The notes: a model not told the origin generated them from the sequence alone. A stretch of DNA of 64,000 nt from Eledone cirrhosa (GCA_964016885.1 OZ024762.1:5208001-5272000); one strand, 5' to 3'; positions 1-12,975 are shown, counted from the first letter of the stretch. Numbers and translations are program-made.

Positions 1-853
1 TGAGTTATCTCCGTTTATTTAGAGTTACTTCCCCGTTATGGAATTCTTTTTATTTTTCTTTCAATTCACTTCCGGTTCTTTGAAAGAAAATCGTTTTCCT
101 ATAACGAGGTAATGAAACTAAACCTTTTCTATATACACACTTTTTATTTACCGTGGCTTTCTGACACGATTTCTTTTAAACCAAAAAACTACTCATACGA
201 ATAGTGTTACTTCTTGTAAAGAAACAAAACTAGGCCATCTCGACACTATATACATTTCTAAGAACTATAACTCAAATTTCTCTATAAAACACATTCTGTG
301 TATCAGCTATCTTTCTTTATTGAAGACATTGTAAACCTTGTCAACAATACGTTTTACTATCTTCTCTTTTTAGAGACATACATATAAAGCTATTTACTTT
401 CTACTACGAAAAATATATTAACCTTCTCTATGCAGGAAAATACCTTTCCTATTTTTTATTAAGAAACAAAATATGTATAGCTACAGTTGTATTTTTTTCT
501 TCTCCATTTCTTTCACAACGAAGCACGGCAGCTTCATTTCTCGCACACGTGTGTGAATAAAAAACGTTAAACACTTGGATTTTACCAATTTTAGGTTGAT
601 CAGTTATTGAAACATGTTCTGTATATTTCCCTCCATAATGTTAGAAATAATTATTTAAACGTTAGGTTGTTTTTTTTTTGCTTCGGCTTAGGGTATGTAT
701 GTGCCATAGTATCTCCTGTGGCCAACTAAGCCCTGGTCATCATAAGCTTAGAGAGTGAAAGAAGCAGTTTTAGGTCATATACTTCACATAGCATCTCCTA
801 CACCCTGGGCAATGTCCCATAGTTTCTACCACGCTAGCATGGGTCGTTTTGCT

Positions 854-928
<75 letters not shown>

Positions 929-1179
929 GCAAGTATATTTGTCCATCAATTGTGTATACACAGGACAGAAGAATATTTGGTAGGTGAGGCAAGTTTAAGG
1001 GTGTAAACGTCTTGTAAGATCCTCTACGGCCAGCTGAACCATAGTCAGTGAATACTTAGGGGGCGAAAGGACCCTATGGATGCAACCAGTCTCGAAGTTC
1101 CTGATCTCCAGTCGTTTCACTCCAAGGCCATTTGCTGAAATGTTTCATAAAGTATATTGGTTGCTGAAAGGTTACTCTT

Positions 1180-2651
1180 TTCATCATCATCATCATCAGG
1201 TTTAGCGTCCGTGTTCCACGCTTGCATGGGTTTGGACGGGGGTTTTCCCACTTGAGGCAAGAGTGGTTGTCTTGCTCGCATAGGACTGTCTGGCGGGTTT
1301 TCTACAGTTGGATGCCCTTCCTAACACCAACCACATTTACAGTGTGGGGCTGGGAGGTTTTTACCGTGTTGCCTACACAGCCACATTACAGCGTGGACTG
1401 TCTGGCGGGTTTTCTACAGCTGGATGCCCTTCCTAACACCAACCACATTTACAGTGTGGGGCTGGGAGGTTTTTACCGTGTTGCCTACACGGCCACATTT
1501 ACAGCGTGGACTGTGTGTTTTTTTGTCGTGACACCTACACGATCTCATTTGTTTCGGCCTGGATGTTGTGGGACCAACATAACTGTACATTGAAAGGGGC
1601 AGTGTGGATGGGGTGGAGGTGGTGGGACGGGGGGGTGTTTTGATAGAGATGCCTACTGACTGTAGTAGGTTTTTACTTTGTATTTAGGTAAGGCGGGTCT
1701 TCTCTATTACTGAGTACCGCCAAAGGTCTCGGTCCAGTGACATTGTCTTGGAGAGGTGTAAGCATGTGAGGTCGGAATTTATCAGCTCGTCCCATGTTTT
1801 TCTGGGTCTGCCTACTCCGTGGCTACCGTCTATCTTTATTGCCCTGCACTTTGTTATACAGCTGTCGTCTTTCATGCGCATCACGTGACCGTACCAACGT
1901 AGCCTTCTCTCGAGTAAACAACATCTGATCCCTCTTATTTCTAATTTTTTCCTTAGTTCGTTTATGCTTTGCCGTTCACGTATATTACTATTGCACATCC
2001 AGCGGAGCATGCAAGCTTCATTCCTCTCTAGTCTGCGTATATCCTCTGCACACAATGCCCAGGTCTCACTGCCATGCAGCATTGCTGTTCGTATGCAGGC
2101 ATCGTATAACCTGCCTTTCATTTTTAGGGAGAACCCTCTAGCGGCTAATAGTGGTATAAGCTCTCTGAACTTTTTCCATCCAGTTCTGACTCTAGCTACT
2201 GTACTTTCAGAGCACCCTCCCCCACTGCTGATTTTGTCACCCAGGTAACGGAAGCTGTCCACTATTTCTATAGAACCCTCTGCGCAGTTGAAGGAGCTAG
2301 TATTTTGTGGGCACTTGCTGCTACTTATTGCACCAGAGCACCGGCCACATGTAAAATCTATGTTCTTAGTTAGCTTACCTGTGATCCCACTACATCTTTT
2401 ATGCACCCATACTTTGCATTTGGGACATAAAATGGAGTTTCTACCTACGCCTTTCCTACACACTGAGCATGGCCATTTCCCAGATGGGACTGCCGCCATA
2501 TTTTCTTTCCTACAAACTAGAACTTTTGTCTTAGCCAGGTTAATTTTAAGGCCTTTTGATTCTAGGCCGTGCTTCCATGTTTGGAATTTCTTCTCTAGTT
2601 CGGTCATTGATTCAGCTATGAGCGTTAGATCATCTGCGTATAGGAGTTCTT
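1180..2651 (-). mobile_element. 5'-truncated RTE-clade non-LTR retrotransposon: RT C-terminal region (open frame to stop at 1684), 3' UTR and (GAT)n tail
   Basis: ORF 1684-2691 has ELLYADD, GLKINLAKTK, FRYLG, MLHGSETW, RRLRWYGHVMR and GRPRKTW. Homology starts near ELLYADD (~2651). (CAT)n at 1183-1197 is the tail. Confidence 0.9.
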
Positions 2652-2779
2652 TTGTTTGTATATATAGAATCCGCCAATAAAATGTATACACACTTCAGGA
2701 AAAGATACATATATTCAATAATACATTTCTTGAATCAAGATATCTCAACATGGAAATTCATCTTTTGTATGTATATATC

Positions 2780-3112
2780 TATCTAGGGTGGGTAAAATTC
2801 CCTCTTCTAGTGTGTCCGTGGAGGGGCTCCCACAGGACCACTGAGTGCAGTATCAACACTGAATATCAGTGAGCATGTCCAGCTAACCTCAATTTCCTCT
2901 GTGTTACTTTCGAGAGGCTCCTGTACAGCTCAGAGCTCTTCATCCTCAGTTCATACTGATTAATGTTCAGAGCCATCCTCAGCATTCTCGTGTAGCTCCC
3001 ATCCAGCATTGGAGCAAAGACTGGGTGACATGTCACAGTTTGAGGTTGGACCTTCGTAAAGACCTGAAGATTCATCTGTATTGCTGTACGGGTCTGAGAC
3101 TTGGACACTGAC
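2780..3112 (-). mobile_element. Degenerate RTE-like LINE 3' fragment
   Basis: LDGSYTRMLRMALN...RKLRLAGH in ORF 2866-3108. Confidence 0.7.
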
Positions 3113-4604
3113 CAAGAGATTCACTCAGATGGTGAATGGGTGCTAAATATATATATTTATACAAATTTTTCTTTTCCTGAAGTGTGTAGACATATTTTTT
3201 GTATACACACTTATTGGCATTAGCTGTCTTGTTTCTTAGAAGAAATGAAAAAGCAAAAGTTTGGTTTATTTCACATGTTCGTCGCTAGATAAGGAAGTTT
3301 ATTTACATTCCTTTGAAGATGTCAGTAATATTTTCCTGTGTAGAGAAGGTTTAATTCTGTTTCTTAGTAAAAAAGAGAATCAGAAGTATATACGTTAGAG
3401 GGCTGACTGACCAAATGGAAAGAAACAATGCAGTTATTAGTAAGGAGAGTTTAAATTAATGCATGCAAGATTTCACTGTTCTAGCATCACTCCTTCATAG
3501 TTAGCCTATGAGCTTTTCAGTTGACCCTTGTTTGTACAGAAGAAGGTTTATATAAGTGTAACTTTATGTGTGTGTCTAGAGAAGATTTAGTTTTCTTTAT
3601 TAGACAAAGAAAGTATGTACATATAAATGTAACAGATAGAATGCCTTCATTTCAGCTGTCTGAATTCAAATCCCATCAAGGCCAACTTTGCCTTTCATCC
3701 ATTCAAGGTTGATAAAAAAAAAGTACCAGTCTAGTACTGGGGTGAATTCTTCCTCTACACTTCTCTAGAAGAAATCCGCTGTATTCAGACCTGGGCTCTG
3801 CCAGGTTTTAAAAAGAGCCCTAGAAACACTATGTCAATGCGTTGCCTCTATGACTCCCTCGGGAGTTACGGGTCCATACATATAACTCTCACAGCTTGGA
3901 AGTTCTGTATGTAAGTCTTTAAAAACGTTTCATCAGTACACTCAGCTGAGGAGTTAATCCTGCGATAGACCAGTGTCCTATCCAGGGAGAGTCTTATACT
4001 CTCAGACACTTAATTCCAAAGAAACTGGTGAGAAGCTGAGAACAGACTTTATATATACTATATTTAGGTTTAATCAATACATATGTTGATGATTGGAATC
4101 ATGGTCTTAAGATTACCCAAATCGATACTAACTATTACAAATACAGATCTGTCTAAGGCTATGTTACCTACATATTAATTGTTCTGAAAAGATGCATCAG
4201 TCTTCTCCTCTATGGAGCAGAAACGTGGCTCCACACAAAGTCGATTGACAGCAGAGCCCTGGGGACCATCTAAATCATCAGCCCACAGCCTTACTCTCGT
4301 TCAACACAGTAGCACCTGGTAGGCTCTACCCATGATGATGCCGGTCTAGATGTACAAAATACTCGAATATAAGGTGACCCTCCTCCCTATCTTATGTCTG
4401 AGAAGTGGGCAAAAATGCGAACTTTATTTACGTAGAATTTGAAGTTGGCGAAAATGGTCCTTGCTACAAAACTATTGACTCCCTATATAAGTCAACCCCT
4501 TACTACATATTCCCTGGCTTCTATTCGTGTATATCCCGTTATATATGTACCAAATACTAGTAGTTCCTTAATGGCTATATATCCCGTTATATTTATATAT
4601 AGAG

Positions 4605-4670
4605 AGAAACGGAAAGAAAGCGAGATAACACTCGGAATATGTCGTGTTATCTCGCTTTCTTTCCGTTTCT
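4605..4670. repeat. Perfect 27-bp-arm palindrome (12-nt loop) upstream of ncRNA copy 1; MITE-like remnant
   Basis: AGAAACGGAAAGAAAGCGAGATAACAC-TCGGAATATGTC-GTGTTATCTCGCTTTCTTTCCGTTTCT; mirrored at ~11466-11531. Confidence 0.9.
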
Positions 4671-4700
4671 TTTTTTTTAAAAAAGAAGGAAAATGTTAGC

Positions 4701-4706
4701 TATAAG
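4701..4706 (+). promoter_or_regulatory. TATA-like element (CTATAAGTATGACTA block) of ncRNA copy 1
   Basis: Identical block, first T 31 nt upstream of the predicted +1 G, in copies 1, 2 (11435) and 3 (13155). Confidence 0.65.
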
Positions 4707-4731
4707 TATGACTATTTGACTCTGTAGAATT

Positions 4732-4896
4732 GCGGCTTGTGCGTGGCGCTGCACGTAGCGTTTCTGGCTTCGATGTCGTACTTCGGTATGGCATGACCAC
4801 TCGATCGTGTCTGAAGTTCGAATCGTTGCGGGGTCGGCCGGGACCACAGCAGGCTGGCTTTATGCTGGCCTGCTCTCCCGCCGCGCATGAGTTTTT
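4732..4896 (+). ncRNA. Putative Pol III structured small RNA, copy 1 (unknown family, vault-RNA-like layout)
   Basis: A-box-like TGGCGCTGCACG 4744-4755, B box GTTCGAATC 4816-4824, TTTTT 4892-4896, 14-bp terminal stem, C(UUCG)G hairpin, 10-bp 3' hairpin. Confidence 0.7.
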
Positions 4897-7050
4897 GCCA
4901 AACAATTTGACGAGAGTTATCTCCCCTTAATTTGAATTATTTGCCCTTTGTTGACATTGTACTACTTCCGGTTTGTGGAACTCTTCTTCCTTTGTTGTCA
5001 TTTCTTTTCAGTGTATTGAAGCTGTAACATTATTCTATTTACTCTGGGACTATTAACGATATCTGTTTGGATTTTACGTTCGTGTAAAGAGGTATGTAAA
5101 GTTTTATTTGCACTCACGGATATTATTGAGACACAAAAATACATTTCACTATCTTGGAAATATACATACATTTAATTCTTCAATATAAATACATTCTTGT
5201 AGTGTTTTAGTTGCCATGTCTTTTAAATGTATTCTAAACACTCTTCACAGAACTAAACCTCCTTCCGAGAAACAAAACAAATAATATATACACGCAGCTA
5301 CCTCTTCTAACTAAACATACATGTTACTTTCCTCTCTATACCTTATACCATCGTAATTTCTACGTCGAGTTACCTCGGCATCACCACCTTTACTCCAACT
5401 CAGCATTCTCTCTTGCACATCATATCAACTATATATTTATATTATAATCGTATCTCTATTACACCTTCTCTGTATATACTTACTTAGAAGAAAGGTATAT
5501 CTCCTCATTATACACAGTATCCGGAGCTATATAAGAAACTGTAGTATATAGAATACAGACCCTCTCTCTATACATAAACACACTTCGAAGTATTGTATAT
5601 ATGCAGCATCTATATACACACAAGGCAAAGTTAAAACCCTCTTCTCTACTACTTTTCCCGAGGATACTTACATAAAACTCTGGATATTTTAATCAAGGCA
5701 TCTATTTTTTGTACGTAGAGATTCCCCTAACATCTAGAAGACATTATATTCAGTATCCTTCTCAATAGAGGAAAAAAACTCCCCATGTATTATATTACAC
5801 ATACATAGTTTCCTATAGATATGGTATTCCATAGAATACACTCCCTTGTTATACAAACATTGTACACACGTGTGTATATAATACACAGAAACTTACTACT
5901 AGATATTGTGTGTACACAGCAAAGAATCTACTGTTTGTATGTAGAGACTTCTCTGTAACATCTAGAAGGCTTATATATTTATTATCCTTCTCAATAATAA
6001 AAAAAAACATATATATTATATTATAAATACCTCATCTAGAGGCGTATAAGAAACTAAACTGTTCAGGATAAAGAGGTTTGATTTCTGCATCCAGACAATT
6101 ATTGGTGTTAGAGCTGTGTAATCTGGATTATTTTTATTAATATATTCTGTTTCTTTCCAGGTATATTGAAGATCTCCGCCAGCTCACCTGAGTGTGTAAA
6201 TACACACAGTCGTCTCAAGAAATAAAATAACTCCAACAACAAAATGTAGTTTATTTATTAATCTTTATTTCACTTAGAAGTAAGTATATCCTATAGAACA
6301 TTGTATTTTATTATATATATACACAGGTAGTATCTTACATGTAGATCGTTTAACTTCCACTCATAATATATGTATATATTTATGTAATTAGTGAGAAACA
6401 TCCTTCTTGAAAGAAGTGTATATATAGAATAGATTAATTAATGTGTATGTACACTATAGAATCCCAGTAAGAAACATCCTTCTTACTGAAAGAGGTAAGT
6501 GTGGTGCTATAGAAAAGTTTCTTTGAGAATGGAAACTGTATATATATATAATACAGTAATCCTAGCAAGTTTATTTCTTGCTGTGTATATAGGTATTCTA
6601 TATCTCCTGTAAGAGGTTATAATATCTATATATACCTCTCTCATACTTACCAGTAAGTATATAGGAATAGAGGTATTAATAAAGATGTTTCATATTATAA
6701 ACATTTATGATGTGTATATATACAGTATTCTAGTAAGTTTATTTCCTTCTGTATATAGAATAAATTTGTATTCTATATCTCTCCCAGTATGTATATAGGA
6801 ATAGAAGTATGAACTCAGTTCGAAACATCTTTCATGAAAGAAATGTATCTAATGCAGTATTCTAGTGAGGCCATTTCTTTCTGTATGTATACATATGCCT
6901 AGAGATAGAAGGGTGTTAATATGTATGGATTCTATAGAAGTAAGTGTATATATATATACACATGGTTTTAAGGTAATAGTATCCTATAGAATACACGTAC
7001 TTATATACATCTAGAGAAAAAAGTTCAACTCCTTAGCTATATTTATATAA

Positions 7051-9228
7051 ACATACATATACACACATATGTATATAGATATACATACATATGTGTATCT
7101 ATATACATATGTATGTGTATATATATATATATACATACATGTGTATATATACATACGTATGTATATTTATGCATACGCATGTATATATATACATACGTAT
7201 GTATACATATGTATATATACACATACGTATGTATATATACACATACGTATGTATATATATACTTATGTATATGTATACATACGTATGTTTATATACACAT
7301 ACGTATGTATATATGTATACATATGTATATATACACATACGTATGTATATATACACATACGTATGTATACATATGCATATTTATGTATACATACGTATGT
7401 TTATATACACATACGTATGTATATATGCATACGTATGTATATTTATGCATACGTATGTATATATACATACATACGTATGTTTATATACACATACGTATGT
7501 ATATATATACATACGTATGTATATATACACATACGTATGTGTATATATACATATGTATGTATATATACACATACGTATGTATATATATTCATACGTATGT
7601 ATATATATTCATACGTATGTATATATATACATACGTATGTATATATACACATACGTATGTATATTTATGCATACGTATGTTTATATACACATACGTATGT
7701 ATATATACACATACGTATGTATATATGCACATACGTATGTATATATATACATACGTATGTATATATCCACATACGTATGTATATATATATACATACGTAT
7801 GTATATATACATACGTATGTATATATGTACATACGTATGTGCATATATACACATACGTATGTATATATATACATACGTATGTATACATACGTACGTATAT
7901 GTATACATACGTATGTTTATATACACATACGTATGTATATATATACATACGTATGTGTATATATACATACGTATGTGTATATATACATACGTATGTATAT
8001 ATATACATACGTATGTATATATACACATACGTATGTTTATATACACATACGTATGTATATATGCACATACGTATGTATATATGCACATACGTATGTATAT
8101 ATGTATACATACGTATGTATATATACACATACGTATGTATATATACACATACGTATGTTTATATACACATACGTATGTATATATATGCATACGTATGTAT
8201 ATACACATACGTATGTATATATACACATACGTATGTGTATATACACATACGTATGTGTATATATACATACGTATGTATATATATACATATGTATATATAT
8301 ACACATACGTATGTATATATATTCATACGTATGTATATATATATACATACGTATGTATATTTATGCATACGTATGTTTATATACACATACGTATGTGGAT
8401 ATATACATACGTATGTATATATATACATACGTATGTATATATATATATACATACGTATGTATATATATATACATACGTATGTATATATATACATACGTAT
8501 GTTTATATACACATACGTATGCATATACATACGTATGTATATATATACATTCGTATGTATATATATATATACATACGTATGTATATATATACATTCGTAT
8601 GTATATATATACATTCGTATGTATATATATATATATACATACGTATGTTTATATACATACGTATGTTTATATACACATATGTATGTATATATATACATAC
8701 GTACGTATATATATACACATACGTATGTTTATATACACATACGTATGTGTACACATACGTATGTATATTTATGCATACGTATGTTTATATACACATACGT
8801 ATGTATATATATACATACGTATGTATACATATACATACGTATGTTTATATACACGTATGTATATATATACATACGTATGTATATTTATGCATACGTATGT
8901 ATATATATACATATACGTATGTATATATATACATACGTATGTATACACATACGTATGTATACATATACATACGTATGTATATATATACATACGTATGTAT
9001 ATATATACATACGTATGTATATTTATGCATACGTATGTTTATATACACATACGTATGTATATATACACATACGTATGTATATATATACATACGTATGTAT
9101 ATTTATGCATACGTATGTATATATATATGCATACGTATGTATATATATACATACGTATGTATGTGTATATATACATATGTATATATATATACACACGTAT
9201 GTATATATATATATACACATGTCTTTAA
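7051..9228. repeat. Satellite of ~18-24-bp self-complementary units (core CATACGTATG in TA/CA microsatellite), about 100 copies
   Basis: Direct reading; produces the spurious Y/I/H/T/M ORFs on both strands. Confidence 0.95.
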
Positions 9229-10676
9229 TCCTTAGCTATATTTATATAATACAGTAGTCTAGAGATATAAGGGTATTAATATGTCTGTAGGTTGTTGTCT
9301 TTATATCTGTGTAGGGTAACTTCTAAATTTACAATGAAGATATGCTTTATATACACAAAAGTGTTTATATGGAGTATGCCTGTCTAGAGGAGAACAGGGT
9401 ATTGATGTATCCTTTAAAGAAAAGGGTAACTGTGTACATAGGGTTCTACATACTGTACTCTATTGAACCCAACTTCAATATATAATGGAGGTACTTCTTC
9501 CAATATAGAGAAGAAGGTATATTATAGACATGAAGTAAGCTTTGTGTGTCATTGAATGTAAAGAACACTAAATTTCTTTGTATTTATACAGTTAGCTCTC
9601 TTGCTTCTTAGGAAGCATGTACACGTTCTACTGTGAGATCCTTATAAACAACTAGAAGAACAATAGTAGTAGTTTCCTAAGAGACGTATGTGTAGTATCT
9701 AGCGAGAATGTATTGATATGTATGTACAGATCAAAACCTCTTATCTTATATGTGTATGATGTTCATAAAGAGACACACACAATGTGGGTTTAGATATTTT
9801 CTTATATACAGACGTGTCTACTTTTATGTTATTTACCTGTATATAGAGATGGCTTGTTTCTAATAGGTGTGTATCTAGGCAATAACATTTCTCCTGTATA
9901 GAGGGGATTTATTTATATAATATGAATCTAGTATACAGTGACAGAAGGTTTTTGTCTTCCTACAGTGTAAGAGGTGTCTAGTGTGTGTATATATACAGGG
10001 AGTAAATAATAAGGCAACAAAGGAAAATACTGGTTTATTCTTTTATTTCACAATGTATTTACCTTTCTTCTTGAGATAGGGTTGTAGTAGTCTCCAGGTC
10101 TGGTGCTGTTCCTTAGGAATATAGAATAGGTTAGTTGTGTATATATAAAGATTTAGTTTTGTATCTAGTGAAGAACGTTTATATGTGGATGATGTAGCTA
10201 TCAAGCAGGTGAGGATGCTAGAAGTAGTAGTAGTGAGTCTTACGGCAGAGTAATGGAGCTACCATGCTTCGTTAGATATAACTGTATGGTTTAGCTTCTA
10301 TATTAATATGTCTAGAGGAGGTTTAGTTTCGTGTCTATTATTCCAGTATGAACAAGTTTGTATATTGCGCCTCATAAATATCTGTTATGATAAAAGGGAG
10401 ACCGTTTATATATGAATTTAGTTGTAACATGTTAGAAGAGGAAGCTGTGTGTGTGTGTATATATACAGATCATGTTTAGTTAGAAGAGGTAGCTGCGTGT
10501 ATATATTTAGTTTTGTTTCTCCGGAGGCGTTTTAGTTATGATTCTCAAAATATATACGTTTAAATAGGAAGAGTGTTTGTATATATAAATGTAGCTATAT
10601 GTGAGTGTTTAGAATAAAATTAGAAGACATGGCAACTAAAATATTACAAGAATGTATGTATTTTTGTGTCTCACTA

Positions 10677-12057
10677 ATATACAGAGAAGGTGTATGTGTA
10701 ATAGAGATGTTAAAAAGGGATATGAAGTGTGCAAGAGAGGATGCTGAGTTGGAGTAAAGGTGGTGATGCCGATGTAACTCGACGTAGAAATTACGATGGT
10801 ATAGTATCTAGAGTATCTACAGAAGATTAGAGGGAAGTAACATGTATGTTTAGTTCGATATATTATTTATTTTGTTTCTCGGAAGGAGGTTTAGTTCTGT
10901 GAAGAGTGTTTAGAGTAAATTTCAAAGACATGGCAACTAAAACACTACAAGAATGTATTTATATTGAAGAATTAAATGTATGTATATTTCCAAGATAGTG
11001 AAATGTATTTTTGTGTCTCAATAATATCCGTGAGTGCAAATAAAACTTTACAAACCTCTTTTCACGAACGTAAAATCCAAACAGATATCGTTAATAGTCC
11101 CAGAGTAAATAGAATAATGTTACAGCTTCAATACACTGAAAAGAAATGACAACAAAGGAAGAAGAGTTCCACAAACCGGAAGTAGTTCAATGTAAACAAA
11201 GGGCAAATAACTCAAATCAAAGGGAGATAACTCTCGTCAAATTGTTTGGCAAAAACTCGTGCGGGGGCGGGTAGCAGGCCAGCCTGCTGTGGTCCCGGCC
11301 GACTCCCGCAACGATTCGAACTTCAGACACGATCGAGTGGTCAGCCATACCGAAGTACGACATCGAAGCCAGAAACACTACGTGCAGCGCCACGCACAAG
11401 CCGCAATTCTACAGAGTCAAATAGTCATACTTATAGCTAACATTTTCCTTCTTTTTTAAAAAAAAAGAAACGGAAAGAAAGCGAGATAACACGACATATT
11501 CCGAGTGTTATCTCGCTTTCTTTCCGTTTCTCTCTATATATAAATATAACGGGATATATAGCCATTAAGGAACTGCTAGTGTTTTGTACATATATAACGG
11601 GATATACACGAATAGAAGCCAGGGAATATGTAGTAAGGGGTTGACTTATATAGGGAGTCAATAGTTTGACCATTTTTGCCCACTTCTCAGACATAAGATA
11701 GGGAGGAGGGTGACCTTATATTCGAGTATTTTGTACATCTATTCTTGTTAGACTAGACCGGCATCGTCATGGGTAGAGCCGACCAGGTGCTACTGCGTTA
11801 GACGAGAGTAAGGCTGTGGTGGTCCCATCTGATGTTTTAGATCGTCCTCGGGGCTCTGCTGTCAATCGTCTTTGTGAGGGGCCACGTTTCTGCTCCATAG
11901 AGGAGATGACTGATGCATCTTTTCAGAACAATTAACATCTAGGTAACATAGCCTTAGACAGATCTGTATTTGTAATAGTTAGTATCGATTTGGGTAATCT
12001 TAAGATCATGATTCCAATCATCAATATATGTATTGATTAAACCTAAATATAGTATAT
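10677..12057 (-). repeat. Right arm of inverted duplication (partner 4053-5476)
   Basis: Reverse-complement match to the left arm with scattered substitutions and indels. Confidence 0.92.
11251..11404 (-). ncRNA. Putative Pol III structured small RNA, copy 2
   Basis: Same TATA/A/B/T5 layout as copy 1; the 3' hairpin is apically shortened (AGCAGG-CTGG-CCTGCT) but still pairs. Confidence 0.68.
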
Positions 12058-12975
12058 TAAGAAGTGGCTCTTAAAATATGCAATGATAGTGTCGAGAGAA
12101 GGCTTAGTTAGTTACTTCTAACAATGTACCACTATGAATAAGACAGAAGGCGGTGTATGTAGATAGAATGTTTAGTTTTCCTGAGTATGAAGGGGTTTTA
12201 GTCATTATTCTTAGTAAAAAGACAGTTATATTATACATATACGTCTCTAACATTCCTCCTGTATATGAAGGGTAGTGAAATATATTCTTGTGTCTCAGGA
12301 ATAACTACGTGTTTATCGATGAATTGAAGGGACAACTAAAACATTACATACCTCTTTAGAAGAATGAAGGTGTATATATAAATGTAGCTTTATATGTGTA
12401 TATTGATCTAGATAGGAAACGTTTCTTCCAGTGTATGGATTAGAGAGGTAAATGCATACACTAAAGAATGTTAATATATATCTAAGACTGTATTTTCGAG
12501 TGTTTAGCAATGAATTAAAATATACATGGCAAATAAAGCGTTCGTATAGGTAAATTAGAGGGTATTTTACCTCAGCTAAAGAACATTTATATATATAAAT
12601 CTAGTTTTGTGTGTGTATTTAGGTTTAAATAAAACAATATGTACGTCTCTAGAATCTTTCTGTATATAGAATAATTGTTTCTACTTTTGGCACAAGGCCA
12701 GCAATTATCCAGTGCATTACTTCTACTTTATTTTATCGACCCCATAAGGATGAAAGGCATATAGAATAATGTATGTCTGTGAGTGTATATACGGCAAATA
12801 AAACATTACATACCTCTCACCATTAGTATAATATCCAGACTGATTCTATCAAATTACACGAGTAAATGCAAACGATGTTAACAGTTTAATTCAATAAAGA
12901 AGAATGACAACAAACGAGAAGAGTTCCAATCAGAGGCAAGTAATTCAAACGATAACTCTCAGCGAATTTTTTAGT

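Larger units (their letters stand above)
4053..5476 (+). repeat. Left arm of ~1.4-kb inverted duplication (partner 10677-12057)
   Basis: Reverse-complement match read along the arm, e.g. 4053 atatactatatttagg vs cctaaatatagtatat ending 12057; near-identical ORFs 4439-4699(+) and 11437-11694(-). Confidence 0.92.

Noticed and set aside
4732-4896. Intron-containing tRNA-Arg(TCG), spliceosomal snRNA, 7SL, 7SK, 5S/5.8S or hammerhead identity for the small RNA
   Set aside because: No cloverleaf (no T-stem or acceptor stem after the B box), no Sm site or diagnostic U1-U12/SRP/7SK/rRNA motifs; CTGAAGA in copy 3 lacks a matching GAAA core
4696-4930. Short ORFs over the RNA copies (also 11217-11459, 12904-13191, 23143-23535)
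   Set aside because: Frames are not preserved between copies because of indels; conservation fits RNA structure, not codons
7069-9257. 700-aa Tyr/Ile/His/Thr-rich ORFs in several frames and both strands
   Set aside because: Artefact of a stop-free palindromic TA/CA satellite; open in nearly all frames
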